In this document: in pieces, positions 1-14,139 of the stretch
Position numbering within the stretch: position 1 is the stretch's first letter
How the letters are laid out: each line of letters opens with the position of its first letter
From: Octopus bimaculoides
Lineage: Eukaryota
Direction of reading: 5' to 3'
NCBI RefSeq assembly: GCF_001194135.2
Contig: NC_068988.1
Location: forward strand, 76,843,615 to 76,907,614
Length of the DNA: 64,000 nucleotides
Notes under the pieces: generated by a model
Database searches by the model: none
What the model was told of the DNA's origin: nothing
Seen by the model: only the letters and a program-made list of their open reading frames with translations
Position numbers and translations under genes: made by a program

Positions 1-2142
1 AGTAAGTGATCAATGTTTGAAATTTAGAGGGAAAAATTGTTTCAGGATAGCCATTCTATAATAATTTCAATGATTTTTTTGAGAATTTTTTTAATGTTTT
101 ACAGTAACATTTACAGTTGATTGATTTTATATCTTAGTTTACTGATAGGCTTCCTTGAATATTGATTTAGGTTATTACTGTATGTATTTATGATGAGCAG
201 AAAAGTTTGTGTTAATCACCCAGACAGCAGTTATTATGTGTGTGGAAAATTTACACCAAAATATCAGAGAAATAAGATTACAAAGAGATTTTAAAATGCT
301 TACAAGCTTTACTTTGGGTGCAAAGTTGGGACCAAGATAAACTGTGGGCATCTCATGTTTGCTGCAAAAACTGCTACATAGCACTAACCCGATGGCTGAA
401 TGGTAAATGGAAAAGTATGCCATTTGCAGTACCAATGAGAAAGCGTGAACCAACAAACCAGTATATCGATTGTTATTTCTGCTTAACTAACATCTTGGGT
501 TTCTCTAAAAAGAACAAATCCAAGATTGTTTATCCAGATTGCCCTTCAGCTTTAAAACCAGTTGCACATGCTGCTGAAAGTATTCCAATTCCAGAACCCC
601 CTTCATCTTTTGGCAAAGATAGTTTAAGTGAAGAAAGTACTGCATCTACTTCAATTGAAGGTGTGCTAGTGACACAGCAGATCCCTGTGATGAACTAGGA
701 TCTTCAAAAAAATTCCTCAGTAAGTCAATTTGAGTTAAATGATTTAGTTAGGGACTTGGGTTTAACAAAAGAAAAGTCAGAACTACTGGGCTCCAGGTTG
801 AAACAATGGAATCTTTTACACGATGGTATAAAATGCTCATATTTCCGAAAACGGCATACAGAATTGCATGAATTTTTTATGGAGAAAGATGGTATTTGTG
901 TTTGTTGTGATGTTGAAGGACTCCTACATGAGATGGGGTACAGCCATAATCCTGAAGAATGGAAACTCTTCATAGATTCCAGCAAAGCAAGCCTAAAAGC
1001 TGTTTTGCTGCATAGTGGCAATCAAAAACTTTCAATACCACTAACACATGAATCAATGGATAAAATTTTTCACTTGATTAAATATTCTGAGCACAAGTGG
1101 AATATATGCAGAGACTTAAAAGTTATTGGTTTGCTTCTTGGGTTGCAAATGGGGTATAAAAAACATCAGTGATTTTTGTGCTTTTGGAACAGCAGAGATG
1201 ACAAGCATCATTATGATCAAAAGGAGTGGCCTAATAGAAGTGATTTCACTTCAGGGGGATACAACATTAAATATATCCCTTTAGTTGATCCTCAGAAAAT
1301 TTACCTTCTTCCCTTACACATTAAACTTGGCTTGTTTAAGAATTTTGTTAAGGCCATGATTGAAGACAGTGAAGGATTCAAATATCTCAGTGAAAATTTT
1401 GCTTCTAGCAAGAGTGAAGCTAAGATCAAAGCTGTGATTTTGATGCACCAGAAATTCGCACACTAATTTGTGATGAGCTTTTTCAAGAAAAATTAAACCC
1501 AGTGGAGAAAACTGCTTGGGAAAAGTTTGTTTCTCTTGTAAAAACTTTTTTGGGAAATGAGAATTCATCTAACTACGTTGCAATTGTGAATGATTTTTTG
1601 AAAGCTTATAAGCAAGAATGTCTCTAAAAATTCATTTTCTCCACTCTCATCTTGACTTTTCTTCCACCCAATATGGTGTAAGCGATGACCATGGTGAACG
1701 ATTTCATTAAGAAATCAAAGAGCTAGAAAGCTGCTACAGTAGCAGACTTACACCAAACGTGCTGACTTCTGCTGGTTTTTAAAACAAGAAACAGACATGC
1801 AACATAAGCTTAAAAGAAGACGCCAAAGCTATTTTTGAAAAATATAAAATTAATAATATTCACTTAACACTTTTGTTTTGTGTTTTATTGGTTTTAGAGA
1901 TACTTGCCTACCTAGTTGCTATTGTTCTTATACCATATAACAGTAATTTATGCTTAACATAACATTCATTTTATTTGTAATGAATTTTCACATTACTGTA
2001 ATTTTGATAGCAGTATAATAATGATAGTATAAAAACATGATGTGCAAGAGCAAAAATGATTGCAGATTCGGAATGAGTGCTCCCAAATTACCTATGAGCA
2101 CCTAATAGCATCTAATAGTAGCAAACATTTTGTTACCCATTA
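1..2142 (+). mobile_element. Chapaev3-type (CMC superfamily) DNA transposon remnant; 5' end lies outside the window
   Basis: Frameshifted transposase plus a 3' terminus (...gattcggaatgagtgctcccaaattacc...ttttgttacccat) resembling recalled Chapaev3 right ends. Confidence 0.7.
190..1852 (+). pseudogene. Chapaev3-like transposase pseudogene
   Basis: Motifs across frames: CVNHPDSSYYVCG, WDQDKLWASHVCCKNC, PFAVPMRKREP..DCYFC, LFIDSSKASLKAVLLH, LLPLHIKLGLFKNFVKAM, and DDHGERFH at ~1684; multiple stops and frameshifts. Confidence 0.8.
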
Positions 2143-2499
2143 CAATTCGTCTTGGCCTAATGGCCCTTAATGTTTGTCTTCGTCAATTGTTTACTTTATA
2201 CATCCACTCTGTTGGAGAGCCCTAACTCTCCACAAATTTTATATTTTTGAAATTTCTGGATGCTGCTATCTTATGAAGTATTCCTATCTTGTCATTAAAA
2301 GCACAAAATGAATAGTAATAAACAGTCAACAATTGACGAGGAGTTATCTTTTGATATTTTATCCCTTCCTTTTCTCTCTAGTGTTTACGTATTTTTCACT
2401 CATTGATGATGTCCTGTACTTAATGTGTATTTTTTATTTATCTATAATTGAACGCCATGCAGTGTTGTCCACAGTAAGTTCTTACATTTATATATAGGG

Positions 2500-2730
2500 T
2501 CCACAGGATTATCGCTCAGACGCAGATGCACTCTGCATCGACAGCAGATTGCATGCCCAGAATACCGAATGATGCCTTTTAGTGAGTATATTGAGAAATG
2601 CGCAAAACAAATGCTACCACAATTTATAATCTTTCCATTCTATCAATGTGCCATTAGAACACCAACACAAATAAGATTAAATAAGGAAACCTTCTTCATT
2701 CAAAAATACAAACCCAAACTTAACCATTGC
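2500..2730 (+). mobile_element. Penelope-like element, GIY-YIG endonuclease C-terminal fragment
   Basis: Translates as TGLSLRRRCTLHRQQIACPEYRMMPFSEYIEKCA..FIIFPFYQC and FFIQKYKPKLN; homologous to GIY-YIG segments at 28054-28545 and 43432-43950. Confidence 0.75.
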
Positions 2731-3166
2731 TAACACATTTAAATAAGGAAATTCATCACCCCACTGAGAGGAAAAAAATATAGAACAAAACCATGGTAAA
2801 TTAATCAAAATCTACCACCTCCTACATTTCGATTATCTCCCTTATANNNNNNNNNNNNNNNNNNNNNNNNNNNNNNNNNNNNNNNNNNNNNNNNNNNNNN
2901 NNNNNNNNNNNNNNNNNNNNNNNNNNNNNNNNNNNNNNNNNNNNNNNNNNNNNNNNNNNNNNNNNNNNNNNNNNNNNNNNNNNNNNNNNNNNNNNNNNNN
3001 NNNNNNNNNNNNNNNNNNNNNNNNNNNNNNNNNNNNNNNNNNNNNNNNNNNNNNNNNNNNNNNNNNNNNNNNNNNNNNNNNNNNNNNNNNNNNNNNNNNN
3101 NNNNNNNNNNNNNNNNNNNNNNNNNNNNNNNNNNNNNNNNNNNNNNNNNNNNNNNNNNNNNNNNNN

Positions 3167-3207
<41 letters not shown>

Positions 3208-3209
<2 letters not shown>

Positions 3210-5200
3210 AGACATTAAAAATAAGAATGGGGAATTATACATCCTCAAAAGCTTGTTTATTCTAGTACACATGGGCAAAACCAGCAATATATACCACTTG
3301 AATTATAATCTGTACCACTCTCTAATTAAAAATGAAATTCTGAAAGACTATAAAATAACATCAAAAAACAACCTCATAAATATTAACTTGTAGGCTAAGT
3401 AGTAGAAAGACTGAATTCAGAGAAAAGGATCGAACTCTACCATCATAGAACTCCTAGAATTAAACTGAAGGACCATAAGCCTATCTTCATTACTAATCCC
3501 TTGGTTAGACTTATATGCCTCTCAAAGTCAAATATAGACAGAATTAAGTTTATCATTGACAGACACATACCCAAGCTTAGAAATATAATTAAACTTAACC
3601 TATGGTTTAGTTCATATGAAGTAATTGACTGGTTCACTGACATTAAAGATAAAAAACACAGATCACACAATTAGACATTTCAAATAACAATGCATCCATT
3701 AACCTGATTCTGCTTAATAAAGCATTAATATTTGTGATGAAAAACTCTAGTTTATCTAAAGAAGAAGTAGACATTATACTGACAATCAGAAAATCCATTA
3801 TCGAATTTGATGAGTTTGACATTACCCTGAGATCTAGCAGTTCCACTCAGATAATGGACTTGGTAGGTATTTATATCCTAAAATGTATCAATAATGAATT
3901 TCCACAAATAGGTAGAGTCTAGCAATGTAAACATGGAAAAATACAGAAAAAAGCTATTTAAATTTTCTAAGGTCTATCTCCATTGGGAATGAACATAGTG
4001 ACCTTCTTAGATGTTACCTTGGGTTTGGATACAAGAGAATATCGACCATACCACAAACCCAATGATAACCTTAAATACATTAGTTTTAACTCAAATCATC
4101 CCCAAAATATTACCAGCTCTATTGTCAAAAATGTTTCTATTCATGTTTCTGGACTGCCTGAAAATAAAGCGATCTTTAGAAATATTGAAAAATAATGCCC
4201 TAATCAAAGTTGTATACAAAGATAAATTAGCATACAGGTCATTGTTGACTTACGACTACAATTGGTTCTGACGGACTAGTCGTAAGTTGATTTATTTGTA
4301 AGTCGGCCTGTAGGCCTACATAGCTTTGTTTTATATTTTTACATTCTTAAGGTACATTTTCAGGTAACAGTCACACACAACATTCTGTATTATACTATTA
4401 TACTGGCCTTAGTCAAAAATTTCAGAGTCTCAAGCAGTCACCTTATAAACAAATATGATGTTGCCTCAAAGTCTCCACGACAGGATAGTCATCCAACACA
4501 GTGGCGATTGATAACCAAACCTAGGGGAAGCATTTGTTACCTGACATCATCCATAGATGGGTTAATAAGAAATTAAACCCATTAGATTTCAACTTGACTA
4601 TTTATTGTTGCTGCTGGGAGCTGGTGCACCAATTGTCATAAAGTCGATCGGTTGTAAGTTGTATAGCTTGTAAGTCAACGACGACTTGTATATCCCTAAA
4701 AACGAGACATAGGCAAATTTGAATAGATTCTATGCTTCAAACCAAATAGTTATTAATAATAAAGATAGAAATGTAAAATGAAGAACCATGACAAGGATAT
4801 TGTGACTTGCACTCACCAGATCAAGAATTACTACAATGAAGATAGTTGCATATCAAGTAAAGATGCAAGTATAATCAATCACAATAGTAAACATGCTGAT
4901 AAACTTCTAAGCCAAACATATTCACATAAAAATAAGGCAGCTACTAAAATTAATGGCCACACCCATAAAAGAAAAAAGAAAAATCTTGATATATTATTGT
5001 ATAATACGGTTTCCAGAAAGCAAGTGGCAACAAATATACCTGCAAAAGTTTTCACTGCATTAGATAAGCACTTTCTACAATCTATTAAGTTTAACCAAAT
5101 TTTTAATCATCACATGATTAAGTTTGCATTTTTCACAAGTAATAATCAGCCCAAGTTATTGTGGTACGCAATATTAGGAGGACCAGAGAGTTCAATAATG
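3208..5200 (+). mobile_element. Decayed Penelope-like RT element interrupted by a MITE
   Basis: NPLVRLICLSKSNIDRI..LNLWFSSYEVIDWF; VTFLDVTLGLDTREYRPYHKPNDNLKYISFNSNHP; RKKKNLDILLYNT..VATNIPAKVFTALDKHF..IFNHHMIK are PLE RT/thumb-like motifs. Confidence 0.7.
4235..4688. mobile_element. Tc1/mariner-pogo type MITE
   Basis: Imperfect TIRs caggtcattgttgacttacg / gtaagtcaacgacgacttg, TA on both sides (4233-4234, 4689-4690), no coding capacity. Confidence 0.75.
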
Positions 5201-5834
5201 ACATTGTAAGAACAGATAATAAACTAATATTAATGGTAATTTTATGGCAGGTGATAACAGCAACTATGCACATACAGTGGAACATAACACAAATGAATCT
5301 GGTGGGATTGTAAACATCCAACTGGCTAATAATGCAAAAAAAAAAAACAACACTAAAACTATGATAGATAGTGGAAGGAAGATAACATAATGAACCTATT
5401 AGAATTGACTGTAGTTAATATGAAATTGAGTAATACACAAAATCTAACATATAGCCAAACTATTAACAACGGTGTAGTAATAAGTAACAATACATTGTTA
5501 CTTGATGCAGGTACCTAATCCTTCTGCCAGTAGTAGGCATTCTTTTTGCTATCTCTTTTTCATATTTCATTTTTGTCTTTATAATCATTTTCCATTTTTC
5601 ATTATCTCACTCATTCTACTTTCTGTCTTTTCATTAAATAATTTTAGGTCACCTATATATGTATTCTTTAATATGTAACAACAAATGCTATACAGCTTTG
5701 TTCAATTTGACTATTTATTTCATTTTTGACTGCCCTTGAAATGCTAGATATTTTTTATATAAATATATTTGTAAACATATGTACACTAGTTATTTAAATA
5801 AATCGTTTTAAATAATATATTATAAGTGTGAGTG

Positions 5835-8826
5835 TGTGTGTCCATGTAAGGTGATTGAGGTAGTCAGAGTATGTGACAGGGTTCTTAAGCTCAGGCTAGT
5901 TTTGCAGAATAGCACAGCAACAATCATCTCTGCTGATATCCCACAACCAAGCCTACCAAATGTACAAAAGGACTGTTTTTATAACACTCTTTTGCAGGCT
6001 ATATTGAAGAGATGTGACAGTGACCTTATCTTCATGGCTGATGATTTCAATGGACATGTTGGGCAGCATTCAGGTGTCTTTCAGTGGGTGTATGGTGGCC
6101 ATGGAATTAGTTCTTGAAACGAAGAGAGAACAAAGCTGCTGGAGTTCTGTGATGCAAATGACCTAACTATATGCAACACCAACTGGCCAGCTACCTGATA
6201 ACCTATAAATCCAGTGACCATGCTAGCCAGATCAACTACATTCTCACTAGAAAGTAGGATTTATAGTTGCTCTTGAATGCAAAGTCCTTCCCTGGTGAAG
6301 AGTCTACTCCTCAGCATAAGTTACTCATTAGTGACTTCAAACTGCAAGCACAAATGATTTCAAGATGCAAGCCAGTTTAGAAAAGAAGGATCTGGTTTAG
6401 GGACCTCCTAACCGAAGCATTTCATGGGAAAGAGTAGGTGTTGCAGACTTGCAATATAGAGGATAACTGGGAGTTCCTATGAGACAACTTACTGAGGGCC
6501 ACAGATCAAATTTATGGGTGGTGCAATGTCCCAACTAGACCTAGGGTGACATAATGATAGAACAATGTACTTGATAGGGCCATTAGAGCAAAGAAACAAG
6601 TTTGGAAAAACTGGAAAAGTGGTGGTAGGAAGGAGCTATATTAGGCAATTAGAAGGGAAGCAAGGAATTAGGTATACGAAGCCGAGGGTGAAGTAGAAAG
6701 GAAGAAGTTTACCAATGTTCTGCAGCATGAGGAACAGTGGTATGAAGTGTTTTGGTTTGCAAGACAGTGTGCCAGACACTGCGGTGTTGTGGGAGAGAAG
6801 TGTGGTCGCATGGATGATGGTTTACTTGTAGTTAGTGGCTCTGCAATGAAAGATGTGCCACTATGAAAGGCTATTAAATGTAGAGAACTCATGGGAGATG
6901 GAAAGCCTGACTAATTTTGATCCAACAGAGGGACTAGCTCTCCAAATAGATAGCAGAGTTGTAGGCAAAGTCATGACGGATATGAGCCCCTGACCCATCA
7001 AGAATCACCCCTGAGATGCTTAAAATATCTTGCAGTGTGAGTTATTGTCTAGTCACCCATATAGTTAACCAGGTAGTACACAAAAGAGTCATACCCAATG
7101 ACTAGTATAGCAGCACCATAGTCAACTGCTACAAAAGTAAAGGTGATGCCTTAGATAGAAATAATTACAGAGGTATCAAATTGTTAGATCAGGTGATGCA
7201 AGTCATGGAGAGGGTCATAACCCAACTAATTAGGGAGAGAGTTAGTCCAAATGAGATGTAGTTTGGTTTTGTGCTAGGGATAAGCACCAATGATGCTATA
7301 TTTCCAGTAAGACAGCTGCAGGAGAAATACCTAGCCAAAGATAAACCTCTGTATCTGGCTTTTGTTGACATGGAGAAAGCCTTCGACAGGATCCCCCAAT
7401 CTCTTATCTGGTATTCAATGCGGAAACTAGGAATAGCTGAGTGGTTGGTGAGAACTGTACAAGCCATGTCAAGGGATGCGGTCAGTAAGGAGAGGGTTGG
7501 CAACAAGTATAGTGATGAATTCTAGGTAAAAGTAGGAATTCACCATGGATCAGTCCTCAGCCCCCACTTGTTCGTCACAGTCCTCCAGGCAATAACAGGA
7601 GAATTTAAGACAGACTGCTTCTGGGAGCTCCTCTATACTGATGACCTTGTTCTCATAGCTGAATCACTACCAGAGCTAGAGAAGAAATTTCAGGCATGGA
7701 AGCAAGGTTTGGAATCAAAGGGCCTTGGAGTTAACCTAGCAAAAACCAAAGTCTTAGAAAGTAGGGAAGCAGACAAATCATAAATCTCTCCAGGAAGATG
7801 GCTCTGCTTGATCTGTAGAAAAGTTGTAGCTAGAAACTCCATAAGATGTACCAAGTGCAAGCTATGGACACATAAGAGGTACAGCAATATCAGAGGAAGA
7901 TTAACTGAGAAAATAGTTTTTGTGTGTGGAAGGTGCACAAATACAACAAACACTGAAAATGTACAGAAAACTGCAATCAACTGCCAGCAGGGTAAGCAAG
8001 AGTTAGTTGATAGCTTTTGTTATTTAGGTGATCAAGTCATTACAAAGGTGAATGCTCTGAAAGCATAGCTGTGAGAATAAGAATAGGCTGGGCAAAGTTC
8101 AGAGCACCTACCCCTGTTGGCAACAAAGCTCCTCCCTCAGAGTGACAGGTAGACTGTATAATGCCTGTGTGCAAACAGCTATACTACACAGCAGTGAAAC
8201 TTGAAAGAAATTAAGCTAGTATGCTTTGCTGGATGTGCAATGTCAGTGTGCATATACGACAAAGTATAAGCGTCTTGAGAGAAAAGTTGAGCACAAGAGG
8301 CATCAGGTGCAGTGTGCAAGAAAGACAAATGTGTTGGTATGGTCATGTGATACATATGGACAAGGACAGTAAAGAAGTGCCGATCTCTAACTGCAGAGGG
8401 AATTTGTGGTAGAGGTAGACCCAGAAAGACATGGGACAAGGTGGTGATCTTTGAATGTTGGGCTTCATGGAGGCAATGACTAGTGACTGAGACTTTTGGT
8501 GATGTGAAATCGTTGTTGTAACCAATGTTGGTGTCATGTAACTGGCACTCATGCCTGTGGCACGTAAAAGGCACCATTCAAGCATTGAGCCTCGTTGAGG
8601 CAATGTGGCTGATGCTGGTGTCATGCAATTGGCACCCATGCTAGTGGCATGTAAAAGCACCCATTACACTCTCAGAGTGGTTGGCATTAGGAAGGGTATC
8701 CAGCCATGGAAACCATGCCAAATAAAACTGGAGTCTGTTGCAGCCCCTCAGCTTGCCAGCCCTGATCAAACTGTCCAACCCATGCCAGCATGGGCAACAA
8801 ATATTAAATAACGATGGTGATGATGA
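5835..8826 (+). mobile_element. RTE-clade LINE, decayed (APE + RT + 3' UTR + (GAT)n tail)
   Basis: KVIEVVRVCDRVLKLRL..DDFNGHVG; FLVRQLQEKYLAKDKPLYLAFVDMEKAFDR-like; LLYTDDLVLIAE; ends catgccagcatgg...gatggtgatgat. Confidence 0.9.
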
Positions 8827-9389
8827 TTTTGGTTGTCCTGCAACTATTGTAGATGACATTTGCATGCCATGCAGTGGAACTGAACTCAATATTATGAGGT
8901 TGGGAAGCAAACTTTTTAATCACACAACAATACTGACACTTAACCACACCTGTGCTCTATGTCACCTTATGCTAATATGACACATACACATATGCAAATT
9001 TATTATATGATTTCTGTTATTGATTTATTGATCAGTTGATTTTGATTAAGACAATGGATCCATCAACCATTTGATTACATAGAAGACAGATATATTCAAC
9101 CTGCCTCTATCATTTTGTTTTTCACTGTAAAAAACTAGTGGTTAGGAGGAAGGGGGAAAGGAGAAATATCTGCATCTATGTTGCTTATCCACTGAGTCAT
9201 TTCTCTACCCGACCACCAGTGTTTTGACAATAAACATGTTATTATGACGCATCTATGGCAACAAGAACTCGATAAATTTTGGCAAGAAACTGAAGAATCA
9301 ATAACTTAAATGGAGAATGTCAGTTGATTGCATTCTTTGTTTTGTCAACTAATTGAGATTAAAATCAATTTCATTAGATTAAAAGAGAT

Positions 9390-9473
9390 GATACACACAC
9401 ACATGCGTGCACACAATGCGCATGCACACATATATACATACACATATATGTATGATGCATGTATGTATGTGTG

Positions 9474-9511
<38 letters not shown>

Positions 9512-9517
9512 TACGTG

Positions 9518-9574
<57 letters not shown>

Positions 9575-9610
9575 ACAAATATATGCTTGTATTTGCATGT
9601 ATATATGTAT
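9390..9610. repeat. Compound (CA)/(TA)/(GT) microsatellite
   Basis: Direct inspection. Confidence 0.95.
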
Positions 9611-9789
9611 AGCCAATGACTGCAGAACTTTAGCAATTTTTAATGAAGTGGTGATTATGAGTGGGGTTGTGAAATGATTAATGAAGAGGACAGGTTTGTT
9701 TCTTAAAATAATCGGAAGGCATAGTTGCACGAAATTGAAGGAAAGGAAATACATCAAGAAAAATTTATTCTGACAGTCAACAGTGAAAT

Positions 9790-10320
9790 TGGTTTGGAGT
9801 TTTGTTATTGTTGTTGTTTTTGTTATTGTTGTTTCTGTTGCTGTTGTCATTTTCTTTGTTGATGTAATGTAGCCATTACTGTTGTTATTATTTTCATAAT
9901 TGTTGTCTTTATTGTTATTGTTGTTGTAACTGTTGTCATCATTCTTGTTACTGTTGTTGTTGTTGTTGTTTTCTCTGTAACTGCTGTTGTTATTGATGCT
10001 TGCACTGCCATCAGCATTGCTGTTGTCATTGTTTTGCTGTTATACATATTTGTTGTTTGTCTGATTAGTGCCTTACTAACTGTTGAAGTTGCCATCATCG
10101 TTGTTAGTGTTGTTGATGCTGCTGTTAGCCTCAGGCCAGTCTCTATCAAAATGCATTTTAGCCATGACCATCTCATCTATTTTTCCAGAATCATTGTTTC
10201 TAGACCACAATATTGAATGATGATGGTGATGATGATGGTGGTGGAGGCAGCTATGGTTCTTGTTGGTGGCAGTGAAGATTATGATGATTATTATAATAAC
10301 AATGTTTTAAGCAGTGACAT
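9790..10320. repeat. Cryptic trinucleotide low-complexity tract (GTT/GCT/GAT)
   Basis: Direct inspection; source of spurious Thr-rich ORFs. Confidence 0.9.
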
Positions 10321-10789
10321 CAACCTTTCCACCTTTATTACTTCAAACAATAATAGTTTCATATGATTAGATATGAAACCAGTTTACATAAGACGAGAAT
10401 ATAATAGATTAGCTTCAACCCCAATATATTCCTAGTTTTCTTTAAATTGTTGTCAAAACAGAAATGCAAGTGATAATATTCAAGACAAAAAGATGCAGTA
10501 GCTGACTTGTCTACTACACAACAACAGCAACCATGAAAACAACAATTGTTTCAAGATAAATAGTCTTTCAAGTTACTAGAAATAGGAGCTAAATTTCTCT
10601 CAAACCACACTCTACTACTTTAAAAATTGAAAAGACCTGTTCAAAAGAATATAATGGTAATAGCCAGAAGAGTTTGATCATAACTAGGTTCTATTAGAGC
10701 TGAGCTAGGGATAAACAATAAAAATTATTTCCAAATTAGTTAATTTATAATTGATGGATAAGTTTAAAAATAGGTAATTTTCATTTATC

Positions 10790-11085
10790 AGTGATTTAGA
10801 GAAAAATAGGACATAAAAGAGTCAGATGTTGAGCTCAAGAGAGGAGACTGCATGTGAGGTGTATGGGGGATGAGAATTGGGTAAAGAATTAGTTGAAGGT
10901 CAAAGTAGAAGGAGTCTGTAGAAGAGGAAGACCGAGGAAGACATAGGTAGATGTGGTGGAAACTGAACACAAGAGGTTGAGCCTCATAGAGAAGATGATA
11001 AGGGATTACGTATAGTGAGATACTATGCTGGTGAAGACCCATCCAAACCTTGCAAACATGGGAAAATGGGTTTAACAAAACCCAT
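10790..11085 (+). mobile_element. RTE-like LINE 3' fragment (second family)
   Basis: VEGVCRRGRPRKT-like coding end then catccaaaccttgcaaacatggg 3' motif. Confidence 0.6.
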
Positions 11086-11340
11086 TTATGGTTCATTATG
11101 ATGAATTATTACAATAAAATACTTGTTGCAGCAACTTCCCAATAACAACTTTTATAAATATGATATTACTCTCATTCCTCACCAGCCATTTGTACCCAAA
11201 CACAATCCACAAGTTCCTACATATCTTATGCCAAATTTACAGATTCCATGAATACAGACCTCAAAACCTCTATTTGGGTCTCCTTCAACAGTAAAAAGAC
11301 ATAATTACTATTACTTCAACTATCACTGCAATTCGTTTAA

Positions 11341-11643
11341 ACATAGCCTTGTGAGTGGATTTGGTAGACGGAAATTGAAAGAAGCCCATCGTATATATGT
11401 ATATATATATATGTGTCTGTGTGTGTGTGTGTGTGTGTATGTGTGTGTGTGTTTGTGTGTCTGTGTTTGACAACCGGTGCTGGTGTGTTATGTCCCTGTC
11501 ACTTAGCGGTTTGGCAAAAGAGACCGGTAGAATAAGTACTAGGCTTACAAAGAATAAGTCCCGGGGTTGATGCGCTCGACTAAAGGTGGTGCTCCAGCAT
11601 GGCTGCAGTCAAATGACTGAAACAAGTAAGAGAGAGTAAAGAG
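11341..11643 (+). mobile_element. Octopus OK-like SINE, 3' portion
   Basis: gccttgtgagtggatttggtagacggaaa..gaagccc, internal (GT)n, ..gtcaaatgactgaaacaagtaagagag tail; matches the full-length copy at 32904-33303. Confidence 0.8.
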
Positions 11644-12179
11644 TATAGCCTTCGTTCCACTAAAATCCTCAAAAAAGCAGCTATTGCAGTCTTGTTATTA
11701 CTGACGAACTCACCTAATCATCACATGTCTTCAACATAACAACAACTGTTTCATAAAGCCTGGTGTTTCTTTTAAGAGCTAACAAATAATTTAGACTCTA
11801 ACAGATACTAGCTTTCTACTTAGATTACTTGGGAATGACTATGGAGGATTGCTTCTACATCTGAAGCAGTGTTGCTATCACACAAAGACATCTTATTCCA
11901 CCTTTAATTAAAATTCACTCATTTGACTGATGTGCTGTGTGGAGACTGGCACGCGAGAGAATAGACCCATTTCCTTTGTGTGCCATAAAAAGTGACTAAA
12001 AGAGGTTGAAGTAACATTTGCACTCTGACCTCATAAGACGCTTACCAGTAATGACAACGCCAATAGATCCATGAGTTGGAGGGTTGTTACCTGAGTGAGG
12101 CAAAGGTGTCATCTACCAAGTGTAGGGAATCACCAACAAATGGTGGTTGCAGTGATACTCTGTTACAATGCATACCTCA

Positions 12180-12320
12180 ATACTACTACTACTACTACTA
12201 TTGCTGCTGCTGCCACTACTGCTGCTGCTGCCGCCGCTGCCACTGCTGACACCACTGCCACCAGCAGCAGCAGCAGCAGCAACACCACCACCACCACCAC
12301 CACCACTACTACTACTACTG
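12180..12320. repeat. Compound trinucleotide microsatellite (ACT/GCT/CAG/CAC)
   Basis: Direct inspection. Confidence 0.9.
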
Positions 12321-13565
12321 ATGTGGTCATTAATAAGCATATTTCACCCTCAAACCTACTGATGTGTGCTGTTTACTCTCTTTCTGTCTTTCCTACCACA
12401 ACCACAATGGCCTCTGCTCTGGGAGCTCAGCTGGTTCCATGCTACCTCCACTCATATACTCCCACTCATCTCCCTCTAACTACTTAAATTTATATCTTCC
12501 ACATCCTTAGGCCTCACACTAAACAGTATCCTGGAGAAATTGATGTTGTCAAAGTTCTGCCTGACAACGCAACAATTCACTCTGGATCCTGATTCTATAG
12601 TTTTTTTCCTTTGCTGCTATGAATGTTGCAAGGTCTCTACTTCACAGAGGATGTTTAAAACACTGAAACATAACAACATTTCTTTCTGCTATTATACCAA
12701 TATGAGACCTATTTTTCACTGGATTGCCAATGCCTGAGTTTAATTCACTTTATTTTCAGCTCATGATTATCTCTCTTGCCTTTCTTGGTCAGAATTAAAC
12801 ATTTAGTTAATGACCGATCCTCTCCCTACATGTGTAACTGTAATTAACTAAACATGTCAATGCCCTCTCCATTAAACATGCAAGCACTTGGTGTGTGCAC
12901 TTAAATAGCATTAAAGATATATACTTAGCTTATACTCGTAATGTACATACACCATTGTTAGGCATATTGCTGTCATTTTTGTCCAAGAGAAAATCTCTTT
13001 GCAGACATGTTGGGTTAAAAACACAAAGTATATTAAAGTGAGATGAATATCACCCCAGCAGAGACCCATGAGAGTGTCAGATATGCTATATCTTCCTTGA
13101 AAACTTGTCGATGATGTATACTTGGTAATCACATGTCTACAATGAAATCTGTCCCTTCTGTTATTTAAGAAAGAGTGAATATTATATTCACTGATACTGT
13201 TGACAACTACCACACTGAATAAGAATTTAGTGTATGCAATTCAAATAACATTAATTAAAATAGCCATCTATATTTAATGCATACATGTAGCTGACAGGTT
13301 TGATGTTAGAGGTGTATATACTTAGTATGATACATAGTTTATACTGTTTGGTTTCATGTAGACTGTCTTTGAGTATTTTCCTCTGGTTCTTCTGTGTTGA
13401 AATATATCTGACAGAACTTTTACACATTCAGCTCTCTCACTAACCTTTGTGACATTGCTTGAGAAATTTGGCTGTGAGGATCCAGTGCTGTATTCCTAGT
13501 GAACAAGTCTATATCCATTCTATTCTTGTATTTAATTGGTGTAGACACAGTATGACTGAATGATT

Positions 13566-13785
13566 GGTTTAAAAATTTGGCATGAGGCCACCAATTTCAG
13601 GTGAGGGGGTAAGTTGATTACATAGATCCCTGTGCTCAACTGGTACTTATTTTGTTGACCCTGAAAGAATAAAAGCAAAGTTGATCCCAGTGACATTTGA
13701 ACTCAAAACATAAAGAGAAAAGGTGGATGAAATGCTGCAAAACAATTTGCCCAGCATGCTAACAATTTTGCTAGCTTACTGCCTT
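13566..13785 (-). mobile_element. tRNA-derived SINE with Nin/Deu-like central domain and a 17-bp TSD
   Basis: Minus strand ggcagtaagctagcaaaattgttagc head; gatcaactttgcttttattctttcagggtcaacaaaataagtaccag core; agtatgactgaatgatt at 13549-13565 and 13786-13802. Confidence 0.8.
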
Positions 13786-14139
13786 AGTATGACTGAATGA
13801 TTAAGAAGTTCACTTTGCAGCTGTAAGGCACCAGGATTAATCCTACTATATGATGTTTTGGACAAGTGTCATTCAGTGACAACTATATAGAATTCCACTC
13901 AATGGATTTTTACCTGTACTTCAAACATGACCTAGTCACAGTCACTGTCACATTCATTCTACCACAGAAGGATATACATGTCTGTAGAATACTTAGCCAC
14001 ATAAACTCTAATTCAATGAGTTTGGTAGTTCAGTTGATCCAACAACTGCAAAAACTCATGGTTAGAAATTTTGACTGCAGTCCATTTAATTCATACAGAA
14101 TTTAAATAGTTGTAAGTGAATGCTATAAGATGTATGACA

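Noticed and set aside
9328-12487. His/Thr/Cys/Val-rich and poly-Thr/Ala/Ser ORFs (also 34898-35254, 54462-54925)
   Set aside because: Translations of di- and trinucleotide microsatellites; no splice or domain support.
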